Source of the DNA: Armatimonadota bacterium
GTDB taxonomy: Bacteria > Armatimonadota > SYMT01
Reading direction: 5' to 3'
Length of the DNA stretch: 64,000 nt
NCBI GenBank assembly: GCA_041690135.1
Contig: JAWLHY010000002.1
Location: forward strand, 64,001-128,000
The position numbers and the translations under genes were made by a program. Positions 1 to 9,114 of this stretch are shown in pieces; the stretch's first letter is position 1, and every line of letters starts with the position of its first letter. A model generated the notes under the pieces. The model did no database searches and had not been told where the DNA came from. It saw only the letters and a program-made list of their open reading frames with translations.

Positions 1-263
1 AAGAGGGTCCGGCGCGAAAGCTCTTCCGGCATCTGCCGCGCCGCCAGCCAGATACACACCGCAGTGGAAAGAAAGTTGATGATCGTCAGGGTGACGTCCC
101 GCAGGAAGGTCTCGATGCCCCGCACGCCCGTGGAGGCCAACACCGCGCCGGCTCCCAGGCTGAAGATCGAGAGCATCCAGACGACATACAGGTCCTTGCG
201 GCGGACCGTTTCCACCAGGGCGCTCCAGGTTAGAACGCCGATATGGACGATACGCTCGTTCAT
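1..263 (-). CDS. ABC-2 type transporter permease (runs off left edge)
   Basis: Manual translation MNERIVHIGVLTWSALVETVRRKDLYVVWML...QMPEELSRRTL; hydrophobic; directly downstream of the ABC ATPase. Confidence 0.8.
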   Translation of the reverse strand, partial: MNERIVHIGVLTWSALVETVRRKDLYVVWMLSIFSLGAGAVLASTGVRGIETFLRDVTLTIINFLSTAVCIWLAARQMPEELSRRTL

Positions 264-282
264 CGCTTAACTCTCCCAATCG

Positions 283-1179
283 CTAGTTCTGAGTCACTCG
301 ATTCACGAAGTAATCTTCCAGCGTCCCCTCGCGCTCGCCCGCATCCAGCAGGGTAGCCCGAGGCGCTTTCAACAGATCGAGGGCGCAGCGCCACTCTTCC
401 AGCCGGGGGAACTCCGCCTCCCAGGCGCCGTCTTTCCGCTCCGCCGGGAGAGGCGGCTCGCCCACGCAGGTGAACCGCACCCAGTAGCGCCGGAGCTCTT
501 TCAGAAGCTCATCCACGCGGCGCTCGTCGCGGACCTGCCCCCGGTTGACCAGCACCACGCGGTCGCAAAGCTGCGCCACTTCGGTGAGTTCGTGGGAAGA
601 GAAGAAGATCGTGACGCCCTTCTGCTTCTGCTCCAGCATCAGGTCGCGCAGTTCTTTGCGCCCCAGGGGGTCCAGGCCGCTGCTTACCTCGTCGAGGATC
701 AGGAGCTTCGGGTCTCCCAACAAGGACTGGGCGATTCCCACTCGCTGGAGCATCCCTTTGGAGAACCCCTTGAGGCGATCCCGCTCGCGACCCTTCAGCC
801 CGACCTTCTCCAACAACTCCAGCGATTGCGAGCGCACCGTCCCGTTATCCAGGCCGGCCAACCGCCCGTACATCCAGAGCGTCTCGATCGGAGTCAGCCA
901 GGGGTAGTAAAGGGTCACCTCGGGCAGAAATCCCAGCCGCCGTCGCGCGGCCGGACTGCCGGCCGGCTCCCCCAGCACGCGCACCTCGCCGCCCGCCGGC
1001 TCCAGGAAGCCCATCAACGCCTTGATGGTGGAGGACTTGCCGGCGCCGTTCGGTCCGATAAACCCGACGGTCTCCCCCGGTTCGACCCGCAGGTTGAGAC
1101 CGTTCACCGCCAGCCGCGTCTCGCCGCGCCAGCCCTGGCGGTACGTGATGCGTAGATCTCGCGTCTCAATGGCTGCCAT
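283..1179 (-). CDS. ABC transporter ATP-binding protein
   Basis: Walker A GPNGAGKS, signature FSKGMLQR, Walker B LLILDE, H-loop SSH. Confidence 0.95.
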   Translation of the reverse strand: MAAIETRDLRITYRQGWRGETRLAVNGLNLRVEPGETVGFIGPNGAGKSSTIKALMGFLEPAGGEVRVLGEPAGSPAARRRLGFLPEVTLYYPWLTPIETLWMYGRLAGLDNGTVRSQSLELLEKVGLKGRERDRLKGFSKGMLQRVGIAQSLLGDPKLLILDEVSSGLDPLGRKELRDLMLEQKQKGVTIFFSSHELTEVAQLCDRVVLVNRGQVRDERRVDELLKELRRYWVRFTCVGEPPLPAERKDGAWEAEFPRLEEWRCALDLLKAPRATLLDAGEREGTLEDYFVNRVTQN

Positions 1180-1285
1180 AGTTGTTCCGTGTTCCCACAT
1201 TCGCGGTCCGGCTCGTCCGTTCGATGGAACAACCCACCGGACCGGAAGCCATTATCGGCAGGGGAGAGCGGAAACTAAACGGCGC

Positions 1286-1358
1286 GGGTGTTAGGGTGTT
1301 CGGTGGTCAGGCCCCCCTGTGGGGGGTAAATGTTCGGGTGTTCGAGTGTTCAGGTGGT
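1286..1358 (+). repeat. Degenerate GGTGTTCR/GGTGGTCA octamer array interrupted by a C-run/G-run (CCCCCC-TGT-GGGGGG) hairpin
   Basis: gggtgttagggtgttcggtggtcag ... tgttcgggtgttcgagtgttcaggtggt. Confidence 0.8.
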
Positions 1359-1385
1359 GAACATACGGGACTTAGGAAGGCCCAC

Positions 1386-1547
1386 GATCGTCATTGCGAG
1401 GAGCGGTGAATCCGCAGCAACTTCACAGACCAGATGAGCCTCCCGTCGAAGCACATAGGTCCTGCCATAATCCCTTAAGCGACGTGGCAAGCCCCCTGGC
1501 GAGGGCACTCGTCCTTACACGGACTGGCAACCCCCTGGTCAGGGAAG
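1386..1547 (+). repeat. Dispersed ~120-bp element, copy A (plus a second CCCCCTGGTCAGGG motif)
   Basis: GATCGTCATTGCGAGG...TAAGCGACGTGGCAAGCCCCCTGGCGAGGG; aligns by eye with copies at 11.3, 25.4 and 55.0 kb. Confidence 0.85.
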
Positions 1548-1591
1548 TGGTCTTAAACCAGTCAGCCTGTGGGTGCTCCACATCCTCAGGA

Positions 1592-2056
1592 TCAGTGTTT
1601 GCGATCCAGCGTTTCGAGGAGGCGAACTACCTCTAGGTGCTTTGCCCGCCGTGCCAGAGTGGCGGGAGTATCGCCATCGGAAGTTTGCAGAGCAGGATCA
1701 GCGCCAGCCGCTAATAGGCGCTTTACCACTTTAATCCTTCCACGGTTGGCGGCAACGTGGAGCGCAGTCCAACCCCCTCGCCCCGGTGCATTAACCGACG
1801 CTCCCCGTGCCAGGAGCAATTCGACCGTGGAGCGATGACCCTTGCCCGCGGCAATTTCGAGGTAAGCCGGATCATCTACAGGCACGTCCTGATCCAGCAT
1901 GAACGCAATTGTGGCGTTGTCGCCGCGTCCCACTGCGTCCGCAAGCTCGAGGGAGGCAAGCGGGTGGCTGATCCGATAAAGAATCCGCGAAACCGGCTTC
2001 ACGGCGAACAGGCTGCCTGCCAGCAGAATACCCAGAACGAGAAAACGAGGATGCAT
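1592..2056 (-). CDS. Ankyrin repeat protein with N-terminal hydrophobic segment
   Basis: GWTALHVAA, LLAAGADP, GDTPATLA ankyrin motifs. Confidence 0.85.
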   Translation of the reverse strand: MHPRFLVLGILLAGSLFAVKPVSRILYRISHPLASLELADAVGRGDNATIAFMLDQDVPVDDPAYLEIAAGKGHRSTVELLLARGASVNAPGRGGWTALHVAANRGRIKVVKRLLAAGADPALQTSDGDTPATLARRAKHLEVVRLLETLDRKH

Positions 2057-2172
2057 GGCCAGGCCTCGCCGGATTGAACGCCCGGCAATCCGCACGGCAA
2101 CCGAAACGGTACTTCGATTCGAGCAATCTGCGACTCAAGTCCCATCCCGGAGGTTCCCTCCGGCGACCGGTC

Positions 2173-2829
2173 TCACTCGCGCCGAAGGGTCCCACCCGCA
2201 CCGGATTCTCCCGCGCCCGGTCGACGTGATTGCGCTTCTTCCAGCAGGGTTACGATCTCCGTGGATCTTTTCTCCCGCGCCAGCTCCAGGGCCGTTTTCC
2301 CTTCGCGGTTCCGAAGCGACAGGTTGGGGCTGTAGCGCAGGACGATCTTGACGTTCTCCACGAGGCCATGCTTCGCGGCGATCATCAGCGGGGTCTCCGC
2401 ATCCCCGGACAGGGTGTCCACCGGCGTGCGCCAGTAGAGGAACAGGCGCAGGATCTCGGAGGTGTGCGGGTTCGCGGCCGCCGCGTGCAGCGGAGCCTGG
2501 CCCTCCGCGGATAAGGTTTTGGGGTCGGCGCCGATCTCCAGCAACTCGGTCACGGCTTCCGGACGGTCGCCCGCGGCGGCGATGGCAAGGATCGTGTTCC
2601 CGTCCGGGCCTGGGGTGTTGACGTAGGCTCCGCGACGGATCAGGGACCGGGCGGTCGTTTCGTCCCGCGCCGCCAATGCCTGCGTCAGTTCTCCGTTCAG
2701 CTTATGCGAGCGGTAGAACATGTAGAGCGGTCCCGACGTCCCCAGGACGAGTACAAAAATGACCAGTGAGACCAGGGCTCGCGAGATCTTATTCTCGCTG
2801 CGTAGCGTATCCGGGTGCAAAGTTTCCAT
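2173..2829 (-). CDS. Ankyrin repeat protein with N-terminal TM helix
   Basis: GNTILAIAA, GQAPLHAAA, ETPLMIAA, GKTALELA repeats. Confidence 0.9.
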   Translation of the reverse strand: METLHPDTLRSENKISRALVSLVIFVLVLGTSGPLYMFYRSHKLNGELTQALAARDETTARSLIRRGAYVNTPGPDGNTILAIAAAGDRPEAVTELLEIGADPKTLSAEGQAPLHAAAANPHTSEILRLFLYWRTPVDTLSGDAETPLMIAAKHGLVENVKIVLRYSPNLSLRNREGKTALELAREKRSTEIVTLLEEAQSRRPGAGESGAGGTLRRE

Positions 2830-3111
2830 GGACGTTTGGGAAGGTCAGACCCCGCCAGGGTGGATCCCTTCGGGCACGATGCCTATGGTACAGGATAGTG
2901 CCGGTCACCCGGAAGAGGAAATCCCTTCGCCCATAGGAAGGAAGTGGGGAAGAGGGACTCCGCGGCCCCTCCTCCCCTCAGGTGCCGGCACAGAACAACC
3001 GCATTGTTGTTCCTAGCCGACGAAATTTACGCCCCGAGAGGGTGTCGGGTTCGCCGTTTGTAGGCGTGAGTTTACTCGCCCAGATGCATCGCTTGCTTCT
3101 TTACAACCGCA

Positions 3112-6100
3112 TCAGTTCTGCGAGGGGATCGTCACCACCAGGGCGTAGTTGCCCAGCACCTGCCTGGCCGCCGCCTGGATCTGCTCCCGGGTGACGGCGT
3201 TCACGAGGGTGGGAAACGCCAGGTCGAAGTCCCGTCCCAGTCCCATCGCCTCGTTCCAGGCGAGCCATTTGGCCTGGTCGCGGGTCCGTTCCTGGCGGAG
3301 GGCGTAGCGGCCGATGACGTAGTTCCGCGCCCGTACCAACTCGGCATCGGTGGGAGGCGTGGCGAGGAGCTGCCGGTACTGATCCAGCAGCAGGTTCCGG
3401 ACGGGCTCAAAGGTTCCCATCGGAAGCTCCGTTTTCGGGTCCAGCCGGAAGGCCGGCGTCACCACGTAACCGACGAGATGGCTCTGGTAGAGGAGCGGCT
3501 GGTAGAAAGAACCCAGCTCGTAGCCGAGATCGGCCTTCTCCCGGATGTTCCGGAAGAGCCGCGCCCGCTTGCCTCCGCCCACAATGGCGTCGAGCACCGC
3601 GTAGAGAGCGTAGTTGTCGCGGGTGGCGCCCGGCGTGAGGAAGCCGATCATCACCTGTGCCGCGGGACCTACCCGCTGGAGCGCCTCCACCCGTGGCCGC
3701 TGCAGCGCATCGCGGACCGGAACCGTACCGCTCGCCCCGACCCGGTAGGGGACATCCCGGAATGCCTTCTGCGCCAGGCTGATCGTGCGGTTCGGGTCCA
3801 CGTCGCCAACAATCCCCACCACCATCCGGTTCTGTACGTAGTTCGCCTGCCAGAACTTGCGGACATCCTCGGCGGTAATGCGGTCGAGGGTCTGGGCATA
3901 GCCGGTCATCGGCCGCCCGTAGGGGCTGCGCGGGTAAAGCTGCCCGACCAATCCCTGGTAGGAAGCGCCGGTGAAGTCATCCTGAAGCGTGGCGGCGCGG
4001 CGTTTGAGGATCTCCTTTGCTGCGTTCACCTCTTCTTCGCCGAACCGCGGGTGTGCGAGCACGTCCGCGATCAGCTTCAGGGCGTACTCGTACTGGTCCT
4101 TGCTGGTGACGATGGAGATCTCGGAGAAGTCGAAGCCGGGCAGCGAGCGGAGCGCCCCACCGGCTTTGAGGACTGCCCGCAGGAAACTGTCACCCGGATA
4201 GGTGGTGGAGCCGCGCACCAGCGCCTCCGCCGTCAGCGCGGCGATACCGGCCTGGTCTTCCCGTTCGTCCATCAGCCCGGCGCGCACCAGGCAGACGATA
4301 GAGACCATTTCGGTCGAGTTGTTAGGCCGGCAAAGGAGACGGAGCCCGTTCGAAAGCGTGCTGACCGAAGTGGGCGGCCGTTTCCGCGCCGGAGCCGCGG
4401 GCTTCGCAGCCGGGCGAGCCGGTACAGCCGGTTTAGCTGCCGGGGAGACCGGCCGGGCGGGAGCCGCCGCTGCCGAATCCGGAGTCGCCTCGACCGCCGC
4501 CCCACTCGCAGCCGCATCCGTGAACCCAGCCAGCCGGACCACCGGCACCCCCGCCGCAGCCACCTGCACCCCAAAAGGCTTCCCAACCTTCAACCCCTGG
4601 CCCCCGCGGGGGGCTTCTAACTTTCCAACCCCTACGGGCACGGCCTTCAACCCCGAGCCCCACTCCTGGCTCACGGTAGTCGCTGGGAAGGACAGGGGTT
4701 CCCCAACCTTCCAACCTTCTAACTTTCCAACCTGCAACCCAGCACCAGGCTCTTGGTAAAAGGTAGAAGCTCCCGGCCTCTGCGGGCTAGCTATCCGCGG
4801 TCGGAAGAGCACGGCCGCGGACCGGTTGTTGTCCAGGTACTTCTTCGCCACCGCCTGCACCTGTTCAGCGGTCACCGCCTCGATCTTGCGCAGGTACTCG
4901 GAGGCAAACTGCCAGCGGTTGATTGCGGCATAGTAGCCAAGCGTGCTGGCCTGCCCGGAGTAGGCCTCGTTGTCGAGAGCATAGGCGCCGCGAAGCTCCC
5001 GCTTGGCCAGCGATAGTTCCGCCTCGGGCACCAGGTTGTTGCTAAGGAAATCGATCTCTTTGCGGAGGAGCGCCTCCACCTGCTCCACCCCCGGCCCGGT
5101 CATGGCGGTGAGGAGCAGCAGGCCCTTCTGGCGGCGCGTCTCGAACACGGCCTGGACGGCGCCCGCCCCCTGGAGCAGCCGGGGCAGACGACCGGAACCG
5201 GCGTGTTCCAGAACGGTAAGGAGCACGTCCATTGCGTGGACATCCGGCTCGTCTTTCACGCTGGGCGCGGGATACGCCAGGGCCACGTAGCCGTTCGCGA
5301 AGGGCGCGTTCAACACGCGCCGCTGCGGCTCGGCGCAGGCCATCTCCTCTTCCGGCAGCGGCGCCTCGGTGCTGCCAGGGGTCGGCTCATCCGCCTTGAA
5401 GGCGGCCTTCACGGCCCGCTCCACTCCCGCGGTATCCACATCTCCCACCACGACCACCGTCATATTCGCGGGAACGTAATACTTTCGGTAGAACGCCTTT
5501 ACCGCAGCCAGATCCACCTGGTTGATGAAGCGTGGGGTCCCCCGCACGTCGTGCTTGTACGGGTGCTTTCGATACGCCATTTCGTACAACAGCGTGGAAA
5601 GCGAACGCTCCGGGTTGATACGGATCTGGTTGATCTCCTCCAGGATGATCGACTTTTCGCTCTCGAAGTCCTGGGGCCGGAACTCGGCGTTCCGCAGCGC
5701 ATCGGCTACCACGGAGATCACCTTGCCGACGTAGCGTCCGGCGACCGTGCAGCCGAAGCGGGTGTAATCCTTCTCGGTGGAAGCCTCCAACAACCCGCCC
5801 AGGTTCTCGATCTCACCGTCGATCGAGCCGGGCCCGCCGGTCTCGGTCCCCTTGAAGACCATGTGCTCGATTACGTGGGCCGTGCCCGCGTTCTGCTCAT
5901 CCTCCAGGAACCCCCCGGCGCGGATCCAGACCTGCACCGCCGCCAGGTCGGTGGCGTGGGACTCCTTGACGATGAGGCGGAGGCCGTTCTTGAAGGTGAA
6001 CTCCTTGACCTGGGCCGGATCGAGCGTTCCCGTCCGTCCCGGCAGCGCTACCGCCAGGAGAGCGAGTGCCGCGAGGCACCCGCCCAGCAGACCACGGCGC

Positions 6101-6192
6101 AGCCGGGAGAAGTACCCGGCGGCCTGGGCACGGGTTGAGGTAGGATTACTGGAAAGCGGACCGGTGTGGCGGGGCTGGTGGTGAAAATACAT
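3112..6192 (-). CDS. M16 (pitrilysin/insulinase) zinc peptidase: catalytic and non-catalytic modules in one ORF
   Basis: HVIEH (HxxEH) in the first module; second module (TLSNGL..., GIAALTAEAL) lacks the motif; start uncertain. Confidence 0.9.
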   Translation of the reverse strand: MYFHHQPRHTGPLSSNPTSTRAQAAGYFSRLRRGLLGGCLAALALLAVALPGRTGTLDPAQVKEFTFKNGLRLIVKESHATDLAAVQVWIRAGGFLEDEQNAGTAHVIEHMVFKGTETGGPGSIDGEIENLGGLLEASTEKDYTRFGCTVAGRYVGKVISVVADALRNAEFRPQDFESEKSIILEEINQIRINPERSLSTLLYEMAYRKHPYKHDVRGTPRFINQVDLAAVKAFYRKYYVPANMTVVVVGDVDTAGVERAVKAAFKADEPTPGSTEAPLPEEEMACAEPQRRVLNAPFANGYVALAYPAPSVKDEPDVHAMDVLLTVLEHAGSGRLPRLLQGAGAVQAVFETRRQKGLLLLTAMTGPGVEQVEALLRKEIDFLSNNLVPEAELSLAKRELRGAYALDNEAYSGQASTLGYYAAINRWQFASEYLRKIEAVTAEQVQAVAKKYLDNNRSAAVLFRPRIASPQRPGASTFYQEPGAGLQVGKLEGWKVGEPLSFPATTVSQEWGSGLKAVPVGVGKLEAPRGGQGLKVGKPFGVQVAAAGVPVVRLAGFTDAAASGAAVEATPDSAAAAPARPVSPAAKPAVPARPAAKPAAPARKRPPTSVSTLSNGLRLLCRPNNSTEMVSIVCLVRAGLMDEREDQAGIAALTAEALVRGSTTYPGDSFLRAVLKAGGALRSLPGFDFSEISIVTSKDQYEYALKLIADVLAHPRFGEEEVNAAKEILKRRAATLQDDFTGASYQGLVGQLYPRSPYGRPMTGYAQTLDRITAEDVRKFWQANYVQNRMVVGIVGDVDPNRTISLAQKAFRDVPYRVGASGTVPVRDALQRPRVEALQRVGPAAQVMIGFLTPGATRDNYALYAVLDAIVGGGKRARLFRNIREKADLGYELGSFYQPLLYQSHLVGYVVTPAFRLDPKTELPMGTFEPVRNLLLDQYRQLLATPPTDAELVRARNYVIGRYALRQERTRDQAKWLAWNEAMGLGRDFDLAFPTLVNAVTREQIQAAARQVLGNYALVVTIPSQN
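4579..4740 (-). repeat. AAGGTTGG-type 7/8-mer repeat array inside the M16 linker
   Basis: Exact 17-mer cttctaactttccaacc at 4614-4630 and 4716-4732, plus further ccaacctt units; encodes GLQVGKLEGWKVG / VGKLEA / GLKVGK. Confidence 0.75.
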
Positions 6193-6253
6193 CGACTGCT
6201 CTGGCTCCTGACGTTGCCCGATTCTTCCCCGGTCCCCGGAGTAAATCCTTCCA

Positions 6254-6451
6254 ATGCCCATTGATGCCGAGTTCCTCGAAATGGTCGCCTGCCCGGCCTG
6301 CAAGAGCCAGTTGATCCTCAAGGAGGATAACCGCCTGCTTTGCGTGGCCTGCCGGCGCAGCTATCCCATCCGCGACGAGATCCCCGTGCTGCTGATCGAC
6401 GAGGCCACCATCGAAGAAGATGAAGCGCGGGACGTAAGACCCGACGCCTGA
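6254..6451 (+). CDS. Trm112/YcaR family protein
   Basis: LEMVACPACK...C..C.R.YPIRDEIPVLLIDEA pattern. Confidence 0.9.
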   Translation: MPIDAEFLEMVACPACKSQLILKEDNRLLCVACRRSYPIRDEIPVLLIDEATIEEDEARDVRPDA

Positions 6452-6619
6452 TACGTATACTCCTACCGAAGTGGAAGTCTGCCACTGACAGATCCCCTTT
6501 CCCGACCGTAGGACTGTGTGAAGCGGCGATGAGAAGGCGCTTGAACGAAAACCTCCCCCCGGAAGCTACCGGGCGGCCCTGGCCGCCGGACGGTGACCCC
6601 GACTCGACGGAGAGACGCG

Positions 6620-7216
6620 ATGAGTGAGGTACCGGGCTGGAGCTCGGTCCCGGATGAAGAGATCATCCGCCGCGTCCAGCAGGGCGAGGCGAAGCTGTTC
6701 AGCGTTATCTTCGAGCGGTACTACTCCCGGTTGGAACGTTTCGTACGCCACCTGGGCGTGCCGGACGGCGACCTGGAAGACGTGCTGGCCGAAACGTTCG
6801 CGCGCGCCTTCGGCAAGGTCCAGTCCTTCAACGTCGATAGCGGCACCCGGTACGTGTCCTACCTTTACACGGTAGCCCGGAACCTGGTGACCGACCGGCT
6901 GCGGGAGCGGGGCCGCACGCCGGAGTTGACGCTTCTGGAAGATGCATGGCAGGAGCCGGACACCCGGTCGGAGCCGCCCATTGAGTGGGTGATGCGACAG
7001 GAAGAGGTCGGCCGCATCCGGAAGGCGATGGAGCGCCTGAGCCCTTCCGACCGGGAGATCATCTGCCTGAGTTACGACCGGGGGCTTAACTGTCGCGAAA
7101 TCATGGAAATAATGGGTAAGCCGTCGATCACGTCGGTGACCACCCATCTTTACAAAGCAATGAAACGGCTGCGCGAGTTGGTGCTATCCGCGGAACCGGT
7201 GGCTCCCGGACGCTAG
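6620..7216 (+). CDS. ECF-type sigma-70 factor
   Basis: Region 2 (FSVIFERY, EDVLAETF, YLYTVARN) and region 4 (LSPSDREII...LYKAMKRLR). Confidence 0.92.
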   Translation: MSEVPGWSSVPDEEIIRRVQQGEAKLFSVIFERYYSRLERFVRHLGVPDGDLEDVLAETFARAFGKVQSFNVDSGTRYVSYLYTVARNLVTDRLRERGRTPELTLLEDAWQEPDTRSEPPIEWVMRQEEVGRIRKAMERLSPSDREIICLSYDRGLNCREIMEIMGKPSITSVTTHLYKAMKRLRELVLSAEPVAPGR

Positions 7217-7243
7217 GAGCCCGGCGGATAGGGGAAAGAAGCG

Positions 7244-7861
7244 ATGGCAGACACGAAGCAAGAATTGGCTGCCGACCTGGTCTGGCGCTATGTGGAGTAC
7301 CTGCGCGAACAGGAAGGACGCGCCCCGCTGACGCGAGCGGAGCTCGAGCAGGTGTTCCAGTTGATGGAGACCGCCTCGTCCGTACCGGAGGCGCTGGAGC
7401 CGCAGGTTTCCGAGCAGTGCCGGGCGGCGGTGCGCGCGCGCCTGGAACAGGTAGTTCATCCCACCGCCATCCCTCCAGCGGCCGGACCGGCAGCAGTTCC
7501 GCAGCCCCGCGCCACCCGGAATTGGTTCGCCCTGCCCGTTCCCGCCTGGAGCCTGGGGCTGGCGCTGGCGGCGGTCGCGGTGTTGGGCGGCCTCGTGGGA
7601 ACCGTCGGCGCTTGGCATCGGCCACCGGCCGTTACTCGCTACGTCAAAGTCCCTGTCGATGTAGACGATGTCCAGCCGGTCGAGGAGCGGGAAGTCCACC
7701 AGCTTCTGCACAAAATGGTCCGCAACGAGTTGCCGCCCCAGCAGGAAAAGAACCTGATGTGGCACATGCTCGTCTGCCCCGGCTGCTTCGACGAGTACGT
7801 CAGCATGAAGCACCACGGCCAAACGGCCAAACACGCCGCCTGGACGCTCGCCGGGCACTGA
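7244..7861 (+). CDS. Putative membrane anti-sigma factor with C-terminal HxxxCxxC motif
   Basis: Follows the ECF gene; one TM (LGLALAAVAVLGGLVG); HMLVCPGC after the TM. Confidence 0.75.
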   Translation: MADTKQELAADLVWRYVEYLREQEGRAPLTRAELEQVFQLMETASSVPEALEPQVSEQCRAAVRARLEQVVHPTAIPPAAGPAAVPQPRATRNWFALPVPAWSLGLALAAVAVLGGLVGTVGAWHRPPAVTRYVKVPVDVDDVQPVEEREVHQLLHKMVRNELPPQQEKNLMWHMLVCPGCFDEYVSMKHHGQTAKHAAWTLAGH

Positions 7862-7863
7862 AT

Positions 7864-9114
7864 TTAACAATCCAAAGCGATCGGCGTCGACTCGTGGGAT
7901 AGATCGCGAAGCATGGTGCGGATCGTCTCTTCCATTTCGCGTGTTACCCCGGCTACCACTTCCCGCTTGTTCTTACGATACTCCGCATAGCGTTCTTCCA
8001 GGCGGATGGGGGGAGCCGTTCGGACGATAGCTCGTAGGGGAGCGGTATGCCGGACGGTCCCCAGGACCTCCTTTTGCAGGCGTCCCAATACTTCCAGGAA
8101 CCGTTCGGCCGTCGGCTCGGATGCAATATAGTCCCCGGTGAACGCCACGAAGTTGTGCAGCCGCAGCAGTTCGGCGAAGAGCGGCGCGACGATCCCGGCC
8201 CGCTGGCGGTAGAGGCGCTCCTCGTACTCGGTGTGCTCGTCCGGTAGCACGCCGACCCACGCCCGCAGCTCGTTCGTCAACTGGTGGAGCTGCTCTCCCG
8301 GCGGCTGGCGGTCGTCGACCTTGCTACCGACCGCGTGGGCCACCCGTTCCAGCACTCGCCGGCGCACTGCCGTGATGCGGGTCGTGAGATCCGCGCCCTC
8401 GCCGTCCTCGGGAGGCCGGGTCCCCTCGGCCCGCTCCAGGTTGCCGAGAACGTGGCTCCCGATGCGCAGCAGCCGGGGGTAGGGGCCGGCCTTCGACAAC
8501 GGCTCCAGGCGCAGTTTCCGCTCCAGATCGTGGAGACCCCGCTCGATATAGGGCCGCGGCTCCGCGCAGCAGCGGTACCGGATGGCCAGCGGAACGATCG
8601 GCAGCGCCGGTTCGCGTCCCGCCTTTTGCAGGTCGTCCAGCGCCCAGAAGCCGATCTGCGCCACGCCGCTCTGGAACTCCAGCAGGCGGTCGTTATGTTC
8701 ATAGACCAGACCTTCCGGAAAGATGACCACCTTGCGGTCCATCTCCGCCAGGAGCCGGCGGGTCATGCGCAGCGATTCCCGGTCCGGAAAGCCGCGGATA
8801 ACCGAGTAGACCCCGATCTGGTTGAGCAGGCGACCGCGCGGGCCGTCCAGCGTCTCGCGGGTGGCCAGGAAGTTGAAGCGCTGGTTGAGCCGCTTCGCCA
8901 GCCAGAAGACGACGATGGGGTCGGTCTCCGTGGGGTGGTTGGGACAGAGGAGAGCGCGATGGTCGCGGAGGGCTTCCAGCCGCTCCAGGCAACTCGGCTC
9001 GACCGAGAGCCCGTGGACGTTCCCGAAGAACCGTCCCAGGTGGGGGACGAAGGTGTTGGCGAACCAGAAAAGGCCGGCGTGGTGGCGCGGCGGCACGAAC
9101 ATTGGGTCGAACAT
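7864..9114 (-). CDS. PlsC-family (phospholipid/glycerol) acyltransferase with long C-terminal extension
   Basis: NHPTETD (HxxxxD) and IFPEG motifs. Confidence 0.88.
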   Translation of the reverse strand: MFDPMFVPPRHHAGLFWFANTFVPHLGRFFGNVHGLSVEPSCLERLEALRDHRALLCPNHPTETDPIVVFWLAKRLNQRFNFLATRETLDGPRGRLLNQIGVYSVIRGFPDRESLRMTRRLLAEMDRKVVIFPEGLVYEHNDRLLEFQSGVAQIGFWALDDLQKAGREPALPIVPLAIRYRCCAEPRPYIERGLHDLERKLRLEPLSKAGPYPRLLRIGSHVLGNLERAEGTRPPEDGEGADLTTRITAVRRRVLERVAHAVGSKVDDRQPPGEQLHQLTNELRAWVGVLPDEHTEYEERLYRQRAGIVAPLFAELLRLHNFVAFTGDYIASEPTAERFLEVLGRLQKEVLGTVRHTAPLRAIVRTAPPIRLEERYAEYRKNKREVVAGVTREMEETIRTMLRDLSHESTPIALDC

